Assembly (NCBI GenBank): GCA_951406725.2
Contig: OX597816.1
Location: forward strand, 156,054,001-156,118,000
DNA from: Octopus vulgaris
Lineage: Eukaryota
Length of the DNA: 64,000 bases
Direction: 5' to 3'
Numbering within the stretch: position 1 is the first letter of the stretch; every line of letters begins with the position of its first letter. Below, piece after piece: positions 13,300-27,111 of this stretch. A program made the position numbers and the translations under genes. Below the pieces are notes generated by a model. It made no database searches, was not told where the DNA came from, and was given only the letters and a program-made list of their open reading frames with translations.

Positions 13300-14900
13300 G
13301 TCTAGTTTGCCTATTTATGCTCTTCAGGCAATTTAATTTCCAAGTCATTAAAGTAAAGCTGTTGTTTAATATTTATGATGTCTACAATGTTTCAAACTAT
13401 TACCTTATACCTGTCACTGAAGTTGCTTTTATTGGCCTACATTTCTCTAGTACTTATTTTGTTAACGTTCTCCATTATTTTTGCAATTTGTGTCTCACGA
13501 GTTTCTAAACCACTATTATCTTCTAAGTGATCAATTTTAGTTTCAAAATCTAAATTAATGTGTTGAGTTTTCATTCCATTGCCTATTTTTTAAAATTTGC
13601 GTATCATTGGCACATTTGCCAAATCCCGCATCAATTTTCATATTATATCTGAAATATTTTCTGTTTTTAGTATCTGCCGCCTCAGGATATTGTTTAGTGT
13701 ATAAAATATGACTTGGATGATATAGTTTGATATCAAACGGTTTATGTGTCACATATAATTTGCAGCCATTTGCAGTTGTATTCAATAAAGTTCTTAATGG
13801 ATTCTTTTGTGTATACAACTGTTTCCATACCCTCTCCTTTTTGCATGGATATTGAAGTTTTTTACTTTTGACATGACATCCTTGATATGCTACCTTAGTA
13901 TTGGGACTCTTTGGTTTGGTAAGGAGTGATATGCTGTCAAAAGCTTTTAGGCAATCAATCCATGCCATACGTAGAATTTTGTTTCTATTTCTGATGCATT
14001 CAAAAACAACCCCGCTTATCAATAGCTGTTCGTTATATCCGTATATTTCTTCCGAATACTTCTTTGTTGAGATGCTATTATTTTCAAAATGAGCAACCAT
14101 CCTGTTGCAGATTATAAATATTAGGGATATTTTTTTTTATATTGTTGCTAAGTAGTCTATTTATTTATTTTTTTTTATATTGCCGCATTACTATAGAAAT
14201 CCTATATTGCAGCTACTGGGGGAGTAAAACTACAGGATTGATTCTAGTCTCTGTGGAATTCATAGAATTCTGTTACTACCCTTTCATGTGTATTGCGTTC
14301 TTATTTAACCAGTTATTGAAGATTTTATTAATTCCAGGAAAGATTCAGTTACTCTCAGTCTTAGATGTGTTGGTAAAACTCTCGCTGTTTATACTGGGCA
14401 GTATCTACAGTGTTCTTAAGTCCCCTCTCCTACTCGTTTCAATTCGATTCTGCTTCTACTTTGTGCTAAGTGTTGTACATGCGTTCCTAATATTGGATTT
14501 CCACTGTTGTGTTTGTATATCACAGTGCTGTGTTCTTTTTTTCTTATTGCTGTTTCAAATATTTGATAAGAAGATCTCTCACCGTTTATTCAATAATCAT
14601 AACCAACTTGTATTTCTTCAGGATCCGTTGTTTCCAACGTCCTTTCACTTCCCGAATACCTTTTTTTTTTTTTCCTTGATAATATATTTTCTTAATGTTA
14701 CCTCCGATTTCTCTTTCAGTTATTATGAGTAAAGAGAGACATTTTATGCAAATTGTGTATAGCATATTTTTTTTCACAATTCTGTGTAGGATTGGATAAA
14801 GAACAATTTTCTCCACCTGTGGCAAACCCGGTTTCCATCGCCACTGTAACGATCTGGTTTTATCATGTACAAAGTATTTTCTGGAGTATCCGTGGTATCA
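13300..14900 (-). pseudogene. Old, decayed non-LTR retrotransposon RT (R4/Dong-like)
   Basis: ORF 13555-14100 contains GYNEQLLIS...LRMAWIDCLKAFDSI, matching GCKDQLLIN...LSTAWIDYKKAFDSI of the 46498 element. Many stops and frameshifts; limits approximate. Confidence 0.7.
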
Positions 14901-14924
14901 CATTCTGTAATCATTTTATCGTTT

Positions 14925-15120
14925 CTCTTTTACTTGTTTCTGTCATTGGACTGCGGCCGCGCTGACGCACCACAATCAATCGTTTCGTTGAACAAATCGA
15001 TCCCAGTTCTTTAAAATATGAATTCTGGTACTTATTCTGTTGATCGCTTTTGCCGAACCACTGTGTTAGGCGGAAATAAACAACCCAAAAGCGCTTCTAA
15101 AGCGTTAGAAATACAAACAC
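14925..15120 (-). mobile_element. SINE family A 3' half, degenerate
   Basis: tctcttttacttgtttctgtcattggactgcggcc...gaacaaatcgatccc...tttgccgaacc. Confidence 0.6.
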
Positions 15121-15127
15121 ACACAGT

Positions 15128-15470
15128 TGAGGCCCAGTCGTTAGGGCAGCGGACTCGCGGTCGTAGGAAATGCGGTTTCGATTCCCAGACCGAGCGTTGT
15201 GAGTGTTTATTGAGCGAAAACATCTAAAGCTCCACGAGGCTCCTGCAGGGGTGGTGGCTAACCCTGCTGTACTCTTTCACCACAACTCTCTCTCACTCTT
15301 TCTTCTTGTTTCTGTTGTACCTGTATTTCAAAGGGCCAGCCTTGTCACATACTGTTTCATTCTGAATTTTCCCTGAGAACTCCGTTAACGGCACACGTGT
15401 CAGTGGAGTGGCCAGCCACTTACACATTAATTTCACTAGCAGGCTGTCGTCGTAACCGACGGAGTGCCAC
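15128..15470 (+). mobile_element. tRNA-derived SINE family C
   Basis: tRNA-like head ggcccagtcgttagggcagcggactcgcggtcgtagga...ggtttcgattccc. Body is collinear with 58875-59248. Confidence 0.8.
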
Positions 15471-16019
15471 GATATATATAGATATATATAGTGAAAATAT
15501 GTAGAAAACGTATAAAAAGGGGAAGAGAAATGCCTTCGTTTCACATGGTTTTAATATCTTTTTTATAAAATAATATATACATATTATTTTATGGATGGTA
15601 AAAGTCTCATTAAATATGCTCAACCACATGCGCACGGCACGCACAAACACACATACGCATACACACTGAATTGAATTTATGCTTTACGAGCGAGAGGTAT
15701 TCATTTTTGTTTGTTTTAACAGTAGTTTGCTAATGAGATGATCTATAATATAATATAGTTTGGTGTATATTCTGAGGAATGGGGTTTAATCTAGCAAACC
15801 GTTTGTGCATATACGTGACGAATGGAGACCTATCAATGTTGCTGAAATAATACTGATACGATCTATTGTGCCATATATTGTATAATAACATTTCGGCAAT
15901 GATCGGGTGAAGTGGCAATGAATCGATTGTAGTATTGTGCAACAAAGTGTGTTGCCTAGTCCATTATCATTTTGCTAAAATACACACACAGACACACACA
16001 CACGCATACACACATATCG

Positions 16020-16165
16020 TCTTCATCACAATCATTTAACATTCGTTGTCCATGCTGGCACGGGTTGAACGGTTTGGCTAGAGATGGTAAAGTGAGGGGC
16101 TGCACCGGACTAAAGTCTGATTTGGCATGGTCTTTACGGTGGGAAGCTCTTCCTAACTCCACTAG
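16020..16165 (-). mobile_element. Short repeat resembling an RTE-type 3' end with (GAT)n tail
   Basis: tcatcacaatcatttaacattcgttgtccatgctggcacgggttg...cttcctaactcc. Recognised by pattern only. Confidence 0.4.
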
Positions 16166-16377
16166 CCTTTCCTATGTATGTATGCATGTATGTATGTATG
16201 CATGTATGTATGTATGTATGTATGTATGTATGTATGTATGTATGTATGTATGTATGTATGTATGTATGTATGTATGTATGTATGTATGTATGCATGTATG
16301 CATGTATGTATGTATGTATGTATGCTTGCATGTAAGTATGTATGTATTTAAATATGTATGTATATATGTATATATAC

Positions 16378-16530
16378 GACAGTCACTGCTTTCGCCTCCC
16401 AGTCCGACCCTCAAGGCATTTGTCGGCCCAAGGCTATCATAGAGGACACTTTCCTGAGGAAATGTGCAATGGTATCGAGCCGGAAACCACCTAGTTGCAA
16501 AACAGGATTGTCAATCGCATAGACATGCGT
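16378..16530 (-). mobile_element. SINE family A 5' half, degenerate
   Basis: caaggcatttgtcggcccaaggctatcatagaggacactt...gagccggaaaccac. Confidence 0.6.
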
Positions 16531-16910
16531 ACAATACTTTGTCCCTGAAGGTACTTACTCTTAACTTGTGAGGCTAAGTGTTTCTCTGTTCCCTCTTTGT
16601 TCATTTTCTTACGAGCACATTCCCATTTCACCAAAGTGTTCTTTGGAGGGCCTGCCGATTTTTCTTATTCTATTCTGGCATGTGTTGCTATTCAGTCTAT
16701 ATTGTCCGTGTAGCCGATAACTTTCTTTTTCGTAGTCGGGTATAATAGTGTTCATTTCTCTTTGCATTATGAGATTCTGTAATTTCCCTGTGTCTGTTTT
16801 TATTTATTCAAATTGCTTTCTTTCTTCATAAAAGAATCTTTTCTGTTATCTTAATTGCATTTTGAAGGTGCACCCACTAGATATATGCAATTATTTCTTT
16901 TGTCATTGTA

Positions 16911-17081
16911 CAGGGTGTTCAAAAAGTCTCTCCACAGTGCATATTTTCCATCCTGACTCTCCAAGAGGTATTTCAAAACTTATTTAAAAGAGTCAACTTA
17001 TGTACTAAAGTCTAATATATACCATCTTATAAATATTTTGCTACAAAATAATTACTGCGGAGAGACTTTTTGAACACCCTG
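16911..17081. mobile_element. Tc1/mariner-type MITE, 171 bp
   Basis: 28-bp TIRs cagggtgttcaaaaagtctctccacagt / actgcggagagactttttgaacaccctg (1 mismatch). TA on the left and TG on the right (decayed TA TSD). Confidence 0.85.
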
Positions 17082-17159
17082 TGTGCATTATGCGCGGTGG
17101 ATTTTCTCTATTTTTACAAATGCTCAGTGCTTTGATATTGTTTAAATATATCTTTATAT

Positions 17160-17781
17160 ACACACGTCAAGAACGTCGCCTAAACATCTTTCACCTGCGC
17201 TGCCTCCGAAAAATCCTCCGCATCAAATGGCAGAATCATATCCCCAACAAAGATGTCCCCAGGCAAGCAGGAATACCAAGCATGTTTGCACTCCTCACAC
17301 AAATACGTATGAGATGGCTTGGGCATGTTAGCCGTATGAAAGATGGCAGAATCCGCAAGGACATACTCTACGGAGAGCTTGCTAGGGGTACTAGGTCTGT
17401 GGGTAGACCGATCTTACGTTACAAGGATGTTTGCAAAAGGGACATGAAGGCCTGCAACATCAATATTAGCGGTTGGGAGGCAGTTGCCGGCAACCGTGGA
17501 GAATGGCGACGCACCGTAAAAGAGGGAATACAAAGGAGTGACAGAGAGAGAGAGAGAGGAGAAATGGAAAGAAAAGAAGAGACGTCAACAAGAGACTATG
17601 GCATTACAACCAGCCAGGAACAGTCTTCGATACATTTGCGGTACCTGCCAGAAGGAGTGGTTGTCTAGGATAGGACTACACAGCCACAGCATGAAATGTA
17701 TCAGGACATGAAATATAAAAGCCGGACTAGACTACTTTATGCGCAACTCCATTGTCTCCCGAGACAGAAAGGATGCCAACA
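17160..17781 (+). mobile_element. 5'-truncated RTE-clade LINE (post-RT C-terminus and 3' UTR)
   Basis: YTRQERRLNIFHLRCLRKILRIKWQ...RWLGHVSRM...ILYGEL...GRPILRYKD; 3' stem-loop tgtctcccgagaca; 12-bp TSD atatctttatat at 17148-17159 and 17782-17793. Confidence 0.9.
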
Positions 17782-18319
17782 ATATCTTTATATGAGTTAT
17801 TATTACAAATCGGCTCGGAATCGCTTATGCTTTTAAATTCAGCTTCTATTTGCGTTTGTTTTACTGTTTCCAAGTCTTCTCTTTAAAGAAGTTAACCAGC
17901 ATTGGTATCTGTATATCTATGTAACGAACCAATAATAAACAATATTGTCATGTGTTCTTCTTGTAATTGTTTTTATTTTTAGTGAACGCTAACCATATTA
18001 ATAGAAATATTTGTTGTGATTTAGCCTTTTGAGAACTCATTTCTAAAAATTGTATTATATGTGCATCAGAGCAATGTCATTAAACCACATTACGACAGTC
18101 TTAATAAACCCTAAGCAGAAAGACATCTTTCATTTTGTTTGTTACTAGTTTCGTCGACGTTTATGTATATATATGAATGTATGTATATGTATGTATACAT
18201 ATATATATATATATATAATGTGTGTGTGTGTGTGTGTGTGTATGTGTGTGTGGGTGTGTACGCGTGCGTGTATGTGTGTGTGTTTATGTATGATTGTGTA
18301 TATAGATATGCATCAAAAG

Positions 18320-18930
18320 GTATGATATGCCTAGTCCATAAAGAAGGAAATAGAACAGATCCTAAAAATTACAGCTCTACCTCCATCTGATTTCACATGT
18401 TAGCAAGGAACACATTCTCAGAATGAGTCTGATCATGTTCCTAGAATAAAATTTCTTGCCTAAAAACACATAACATGGTTTCCGTCTAGGAAGGAGCTGT
18501 CTCACACAGCTGCTACAGCATCATGGCTGGTTACTGAAAGAGTAGCTTAACCCCTCAAATGTGGATGTGATATATCCTAACAAAATCAATAATGGCATGA
18601 TATGTCATACACACACACACTACGTGACCTTGGTATGGCTGGATAACTAGGAGAGTGGCTGCATGACAATTTTAAAATATACAAATCAGACAGGCAGTGG
18701 TGTTCTCTCAAGGAGACATCAATACGCAGCTGAGTCCGTCAATTAGCTCAAATGAAACCTCTATTGCTTGTGGTAGCTCTCTCAGACATCTCCTCAGCCA
18801 TACAGTCAGCCACTCTCGGCAGTTATACTGATGATATAAAAGTATCACATGCGGTTAAGGAGTCTGAAACTGCCAAAACGAATTGAATGCAACATACAAA
18901 TGGGGTAATGAAAATAACAGGCGTTTCAAG
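18320..18930 (+). pseudogene. Decayed CR1-like LINE RT fragment
   Basis: LVHKEGNRTDPKNY, HGFRLGRSCLTQLLQH, VDVIY and a YTDD-like motif across broken frames. Confidence 0.7.
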
Positions 18931-19154
18931 CATTTTACTATCGACCCATAAACAGACTACCGCCGGAGTACTCTGGACCAGGGACTAGTGCAATCTCAGA
19001 GCCAGAATCGGTACTTGACGTGCGGAATCAATATAAGGAATTATACAACTGTGATCACCGCGGAACGTCAAATTTGTGGTGGAACTTGAGGCAAATCGGT
19101 ACCAATACACAAAGAAAATACACTCGGTGAAACGGGTTGAACTACTAGATGTTA

Positions 19155-19494
<340 letters not shown>

Positions 19495-20454
19495 TCTTTT
19501 GCTGGAGTACCGTTTTTCAATATGTTTGGGTTTCTTAACGAGTAAGATGATGGAGCTACACTTCGTTGTCTTTCTTTTCACGATGTAGATTCCTCTACTA
19601 TCTCAGATAGAAATTTTCTTAGATACCCTTTGAAGACCTACACCTCACAGCCCTCCACCCCAACATTCGAATCTGTCCGAAATAAAAGCAAAATGACGAG
19701 AAACGCGTTTGTTTTATATGAAATTTTGAGTTGTGGATGTATTTCGGACTGTCATTTTCAACTGACGGATGGATCTGGTTACCGACCCACAATCAATTCA
19801 CCATCTACCTTAGGCAGAAAGCAGCGATTAGTCTCCTTCTATCATGTCACTATGGTGACTTAAGTTATATGATGGCCAAGCGCTTCTTAACCTTTAGAGT
19901 ACCACTTGAAAGGCAAAGTGCAAGGAAAGAGAGAAATGCTGCTTTCTAGCAATTCATTTAAAATGTTGCTGAAAGTGTTGAAATTGGCGTTATCAAATGA
20001 TAATTCTATAATTATGCGGCAGTAGGTTGTCAACGACACCGGGAGACGGCATTTTCCTTGAGGATTTCAGATTAATTACAATGTATGAGTGTGCGAATGA
20101 AAGGAGGGACTTCCTTGTATCACTCTAATGGCTGCCTTCTAATTTATGCTTCTTTATTGTTGTTATTTTAGTCACAATAATTATTGTGTCTTTATTGTTA
20201 CTGTTGAATATGCCCACAGTTTTGTTATATTTTTTCTTCCTCATATTGTTACGGACGACTTAAGCCTATGTAGCCTTAAATGAAACGTTTATTTTTAGTT
20301 CATTAGTACCTGTATTTCATCAGAGCATTGTTAGATATCATTGCCTCTACTTCGTTTCCATATAACATTGTGTGGAACATATGTTTTTGTAACACCTTTA
20401 TAACGCAATTTCCATTGTATAAATAGGCTCTGAAAGCAATAAAAGAAATGATAA

Positions 20455-20512
20455 CTATCATTATTATTATTGTTATTATTATTATCATTATTATTATTAT
20501 TATTATTATTAT

Positions 20513-20553
<41 letters not shown>

Positions 20554-20673
20554 TTGTTGTTGTTGTTGCTATTATTATTATTATTATTATCATTATTATC
20601 ATTATTGTTATTATTATTATTAGTATTATCATTATTATCATTATTGTTATTGTTATTATTATTATTATCATTA

Positions 20674-20760
<87 letters not shown>

Positions 20761-20826
20761 GTAGTAGTAGTAGTAGTAGTGGTGGCAGCAAGAACAGCAA
20801 TAGAAGCAGCAGCAGCAGCAGCAGCT
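20455..20826. repeat. Compound trinucleotide array (ATT/AGT/GTT/GCA)n
   Basis: Directly visible; explains the poly-I/L/N ORFs in the track. Confidence 0.95.
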
Positions 20827-22829
20827 ATATTATGCATTTAATTTTAGTCTCTTATTGATTCTTAATATGTTGTTAGCGTTCACAAACACCACACTGAACA
20901 ACTTTCCTCCGGTACAATCACCTTGTTGATGATTAGCCGAATACGGCGTTGTGTCTTATTTTATGTTGTATGTTGCTTCATCTCCGTTATAGCCAACCAG
21001 TGATTAATTTCAATTTGCTTCCACATAGCGCCGCACTGACACGATCTCACTTAAATTTCAATCACTGTGCTGCTTAGAGTTAGTCGTTTTCCCATTCATT
21101 TTATTGTAATTTCCTTTTGACATTTTTCGCTCAAACACCTGCTCTCATTTATGCAGCTATCTCTTATTGTAGCTCACATGCCATATACCGTCATGTAGCT
21201 AATGAAATACTGAGTTTCATTTATGCAACACAAGTAATGTATTTTTTATGACCAGAGGTAAATCCAATACAGCAAAATTTCTTTACATTTCATCTATTCG
21301 CTGCATTTCATTTGTATGTTTGTTTGTTTTTGTTTTTTTTGTTTGTGATATCTTTCGTTTTCTCTTAATGTTAAATTAACTTCCCTTTTAATGAAGAACC
21401 TGCATATTACGGCGACGATGATCCTGATGGTGATGCCGAAGCTGATTTCGATGCTAATTGTGGTATCCATGTATATTTATATATAACTATACACATATAA
21501 ATCTAGAAACATACACACACAAACACACACACACGCACACAAACAGACACACTTACGTGCATTTGTATACATACGCATGTTTATGACATATACATATACT
21601 TATATAAACGCTTGTATCTGCATATGCATATGCATATACATACATACATACATACATACATACACTCACACACACGCACACACATATATATATATATACA
21701 TACATACATATATACATACATGTATATATATACATATATGTCCTTTTCTAAATGTTAAAATCTTATTTATTATACAAAAAATATCGTAATACATAAATTT
21801 TGTTAAATTCGGATATACATTATATATTATACAAAAAAATTATAGTAATATATAAATTTTGATGAATTTAGATACACATTCCCCACCCCGTACGCTTAAT
21901 GCCTATTTAGATTTCATTTTTACCTCTTTTGTTTTCTATTTTCGGCCCCTGTTAACTGATAATAATAAAATAGTTTATGTCACCCATATCCTTCCACTTT
22001 CTGGACATATGCCTCTATCTTACTGACATCTTCTGAGACATGTTTCTTCATGTGTCATAGCGAAATTATAGCAAAAAGTAAAATAGGAGGAGGTAAGAGT
22101 ATCTGATATCAATTTATTTATCATCAGCAGCTACAACTTTACTGTCAATTCCAAGTAGTTTAAATTCTTAGTGGACGTAGGATACTAGCTGCATTGGCTC
22201 TTTTGATTGGGATAAGGAGAAAGATAAATGTAGCTATGTTACGATCTCTTGACACCCATTGTTCTTCTCTTCTGCCACTCCAGATTATAGTTGGGGTATT
22301 TTCACCCTAAGTTCATTCTGCTACAATGATAGCACCAGGCACGTGATTCTTTTATTCGCTAGTTCTGATGAAAAAATTTGCTAAAAAAATTATAATGGAC
22401 TATCCTGTATGTTGAAAACCTATATGGTGTTATGCGTCCCATGAAGGTGGTGCATTTCAAATTGATGTAATCTTGCATTGATCGATTAAATAGAGCCGCC
22501 TGAAACAGCCGTAATGCACTAATACCTTGACATCCTTGTTACTTATTTGCTATATATATATATATATATATATATATGGGGGATAGTATTGTTTTATGCT
22601 TTCATCCTAGAGGCTGTGGCCATGCTAGGGAACCACTAATATTATAAGGCTTTCAAAGGTTAATATTTTGTGATTGGCTTTGGTTAAGGAAGAAGTTCAA
22701 TACTGCTGCCCTCGATAATACCCATCCACGAAAAAGAAAATTATTCGCTACACGGACAATACAGACTGAAGAGCAACACATGTCAGAATAGAATAAGAAA
22801 GATCGGCAAGCACTCCAAAGAACACTTGT

Positions 22830-23050
22830 CTGTTTGTGTGTGTGTGTGTGCCTGTATTTGTTCCATCCATCGCTCGACAACCGATGTTGGTGTGTTTAGG
22901 TCCCCGTAACTTAGCGGTTCGGCAAAAGAGACCGACACAATAAGTACTAGGCTTACAAAGAATAAGTCCTAGGGTCGATTTGTTCGACTAAAGGCGGTGC
23001 TCCAGCATGGACACAGTCAAATCACTGCAACAAGTAAAAGAATAAGAAAA
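22830..23050 (+). mobile_element. SINE family A 3' half
   Basis: Collinear with 1185-1395. Confidence 0.8.
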
Positions 23051-23689
23051 AATACATACATGCATCTATCTATCTATCAATCTGTCTGTCTGCCTCTCTC
23101 TCTCTCTCTTCGTCTTTGCCTCTGCCTCTGTCTCTCTCTATATATATGTGTGTATATAGATACACACACATACACACACACATATATTTATAGGCATATA
23201 TGCATATCTATAGGCACATACATAGATGATGCATAAGTACTTACGCATATATATGCATATAAATGAAAGTGAACTAAAGATAACCACTTAAGGATATTAG
23301 AATGAGAAGCAGCGAAAATAACGAAGGAACAAAAATGCTGTACCTGTCACGGTTTTTGATAATGGTGCTGTAACCTTGACAAGTGACAGGAACTTATTTT
23401 GATGAAATACCTCCATAACAATTCCAGTTTAGTGGAGCCTCAAAATGAAAGGATGGTGATGATGATAATAGAAACAATGAGATGACGTCGATGATGTTGA
23501 CGATGACGGTGACTATGGTGGTGGTGATAATGATGATTATGATAATGATGATGGCGATAATCATGATGATGACAACAACGACGATCAAGACGATGGTGAT
23601 GCCAAAGTATGACAAAGACGAGAACAACGATGACGACGATGAAAATAATGATGATGACTATGATGATAATGAAGATGATGAAGATGAAG

Positions 23690-23985
23690 ATACTTATTTT
23701 ATCGGTATTTTGGCGAACCACTAAGTTACGGAGACGTAGACACATTAACACCGGTCGACAAGTAATGGTGGGGGACAAACACATGCATATACACACTCAC
23801 GCCTGCACACACACACACATATACGATGGGCTTCTTTCAGTTTCCATCAGCTAAATCCACTCACAAGGCTTTGGTTGGCCCGAGGCTATGGTGGAAGACA
23901 CTTGCCCAAGGCGCATCACAGTGGTACTGAAGCCGGAGCCATGTGATTGGGAAGCAAACTACTCATCGCACAGCCACGACCGCTC
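23690..23985 (-). mobile_element. SINE family A
   Basis: gggcttctttcagtttcc...aaatccactcacaaggctttgg...gacacttgcccaagg. Follows a (GAT)n array at 23455-23690. Confidence 0.8.
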
Positions 23986-24734
23986 CTAAAAGTTCTTAAA
24001 CATCAGTTACATGAGAGAAAAGTCACTTCACGATTTCACTTTGTATTTATTTTAAATGTTTTCATATTCCTTACCTTCGCACTTTTCTTCTCTCTTTGTC
24101 TTAAATATATCCGTTCTCAAACAGGTACTTCAAATACATACGACCATGAACCTTTTATAAAACTTTGTAAATTTTATCTTTCATGTAGTACATTGTCATC
24201 TTTTCCCAATTTGGACGTAGTGCCTTCACCACTGTCTTTATATCAAACCTTATTTTGAAGGAAGCTGCAGAAATCCCGTAATAAGATATTTGGTTTCTTC
24301 AACTTACCAGGTGTTATAGAGAGCAACATTGTGAGAAGTTAAAAGGAGGTCTGTGGATGAATGTATATTATTTTTATGTTGAAGATTCCTAAGTATCGAA
24401 ATATTCCGGTTGCGTTTGGGTTCCCTTTACATTAGGTGCAATACGCCGTTTTGAAAGAATACTGCGCAATAAAACTGATAGTCTTTTGCAGTGTAGTACG
24501 ATGTCTGTGTTTCCTTCTATCACATACCTATCTAATTTGATGCTTCTAGCTTCCATTTTTTTAAATGTGTCTTCTGCAATAATTTGGCTCTGATTGTCAT
24601 GAGATTCTATCTGTATGACTGTGGAGCAATTGCAATAACCTCACTACGGCTACACGTCCACAACCTGTAGAATTATTCCTTGTTTAAAACGGGTAGCCAC
24701 CATTAGTATGCAATAAAAACAGAAAGAAGCAAAT

Positions 24735-24830
24735 GTGAGCTTTGTGGGGTCGCTCGACCAGCTAGAAATAGTAACTAAATCTAACTTTAATTACACACTA
24801 TCTGTTTTTACGGGGAATGGAATATCATGT
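24735..24830 (+). repeat. Old dispersed repeat (also about 27690-27780 +, 38150-38210 -, 50590-50660 -)
   Basis: Shared degenerate motif tcgaccagctagaaatag..ccaaatct...aatcacacc. Confidence 0.45.
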
Positions 24831-25489
24831 TAGGCATTCCTATTTATTCCTAGGAATAACGGTTTGATCATGGTTTGAATCTTCATGATTAAAGATTCGT
24901 TTCATCAAGAATAAACTTATGTCAAACAGCAAGAAGAACATCAAAAACAAAAACAAAATAATTATTACTTGTACATTCTGTATAATAACTATTATGAAAA
25001 GGAAAGTTTTCTTTGCTCTGTTCGTGTTTAGCAATAGTTAAAAATCAAAGTGGAACAGAAAATCATATTTCAGGTTATTCACTCTTAGTATTTGGTTTTG
25101 AAATTTTATGTATCCTGAGTACAGCACAAAACTCTGTCAGCTATTTTGAACTTGTGCTATGTTTACATTTGTATCCTCATTATTTACCAATCGATTTTCA
25201 ATCGACAGCAAGTGAGGCTGCATACCTTTGATAAATATTTTATAGTGGTCAGGTTTTATTATTTCTGGTTTGCGTCCCATAGTCTGTGTCAGAACGTTGC
25301 AACATAGTAGCAATATTTATAGCCTAATAAACATTTATGCTCCTAACGCCGCTGTTATCTTACCTTTACCACGACGGCAATAGTTTCCATGAACACAAAA
25401 AGCAGGTATTCACTCACAATGTTTACATTCAAAACAAGGAGACAGTCTCTAGGTGGACGTTTACTTTGCTAGGTATTCTTTTTTTTTCG

Positions 25490-25645
25490 TCTACTTGTTT
25501 CATGCATTTGACAGCGGTCATGCTGGAGCACCGCGTTTAGTCGAACAAATCAAACCCAAGACTTATTCTTTGTAAACCTAGTACTTTTTCTATCGGTCTC
25601 GGTTGTCAAGCGATGGTGGAGGGGAGACAAAGACAGACACACAAA
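25490..25645 (-). mobile_element. SINE family A 3' part
   Basis: ttgacagcggtcatgctggagcaccgc...acttattctttgtaaacctagtact. Confidence 0.75.
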
Positions 25646-25682
25646 TACATACATTATATATATATATATATATATAATGTAT

Positions 25683-25738
<56 letters not shown>

Positions 25739-25780
25739 TATATATATAATGTATATGTATATATAATATATATATATATA

Positions 25781-25965
25781 GCAAACTTGATGAGAGTGAT
25801 GAGGAATGTATTTCGCACTTGTGACTCTATGGAATTGGAAAGACGTATATAACACTTCATCCACCGCATGCAGTTCTCTGACTACAACCAAAGGGACAAA
25901 ATTAGAGTGTACAAAGAAGCCAGGGCTAAGTACAAAGCCACCATATCGCACGCACACATCATCAT
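25781..25965 (+). pseudogene. Probable Penelope-like element RT/thumb remnant
   Basis: One frame reads ANLMRVMRNVFRTCDSMELERRI*HFIHRMQFSDYNQRDKIRVYKEARAKYKATI, resembling the PLE thumb pattern (R.MRN..S...F..RMQ.SGY). Starts directly after (TA)n. Confidence 0.55.
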
Positions 25966-27076
25966 GCAAGTAGTTTATAATGCCCAATAGTGACAGATAT
26001 TTAATTCAATCTACGTTGCAAATATTTCTTGGGGATATACAATATATCCAGCAATTTCACTTTCAAGCAATCAGATAAAATTAATGCGGGTTTGTAACAG
26101 ACTAAAAGCTGAATTAAAGTGATTGGACTCATATCAGAAACAAAATTATGTAGACGGAGTGGAGGAAACTGTAAAATGGTATTTTCTTTACACAACATTA
26201 TTGTTCTAAATTCTAAATTTTGGCCGGAGTTAACCGTGTCGTTTAACCTTTTTGAGACGATAAAATACCGAGATTGATGTACCGACGTATGCTTTTCTCG
26301 AACTTTCAAACGCCCAAGTTAGGAATCCTGATTTACTAAACCGGGTGGAATGTTCATAGCGTATATAAATCGTTTCAATATTTAATCTAGTGTTCTGATA
26401 GGTTGACCACGAACTTTTCAAGGTCACTGTCCATAAAGACACGACGGAGACCCAAATAAGTTTCAGTGATAACACAGAAGAGAATTTCACTAATGTCTTT
26501 TATATTTGGAGAAGGCGAGATGATACATTGTTTGGATGCAGTGAGAGATGACAAGCACTCACAATTTGACCATTGCTGGGTGGGTTACGCTGCATTGTTA
26601 TTTCAGCGGTTGTAGTCGAAAAGGATAATATCTCCTCAAAGGTACGTCACAAAGTCACTGCCGTTAGTGGACACAAAGTTTTGATAAATAAATGTTTTTG
26701 TAGTTTATGAAGCCACATTTCTTCGGTTTTATTCGTATTCATTTCTTTCATCACCATTGATGCACTGATACACATACATTAGATTGACAACAATTGTACT
26801 CCTACAGAATAAAATATTGCAAATTAAGATAGGCACAATGAAATACAATAGTCAGAAATTAGTTTGGTTGGATCAATAAGTTTTCATATGAGATGTGAAC
26901 AAATTTAAATATCTTATACATTACAAATGTATAAAAGGATATATAGAAACATACAGATAAGCAGAAGCACGTATATGTAAATATAGACACATACATATAT
27001 GAATGTGTAAGTATCTACGTGTGTCTCCACTAGATTATTCTATATCCTTAGTACATGTTTACACACACACACACAT

Positions 27077-27111
<35 letters not shown>

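Noticed and set aside
26607-26641. Possible 35-nt exon (tttcag|...aaag|gtacgt; AVVVEKDNISSK)
   Set aside because: Splice-like motifs alone; no recognisable homology or partner exons.
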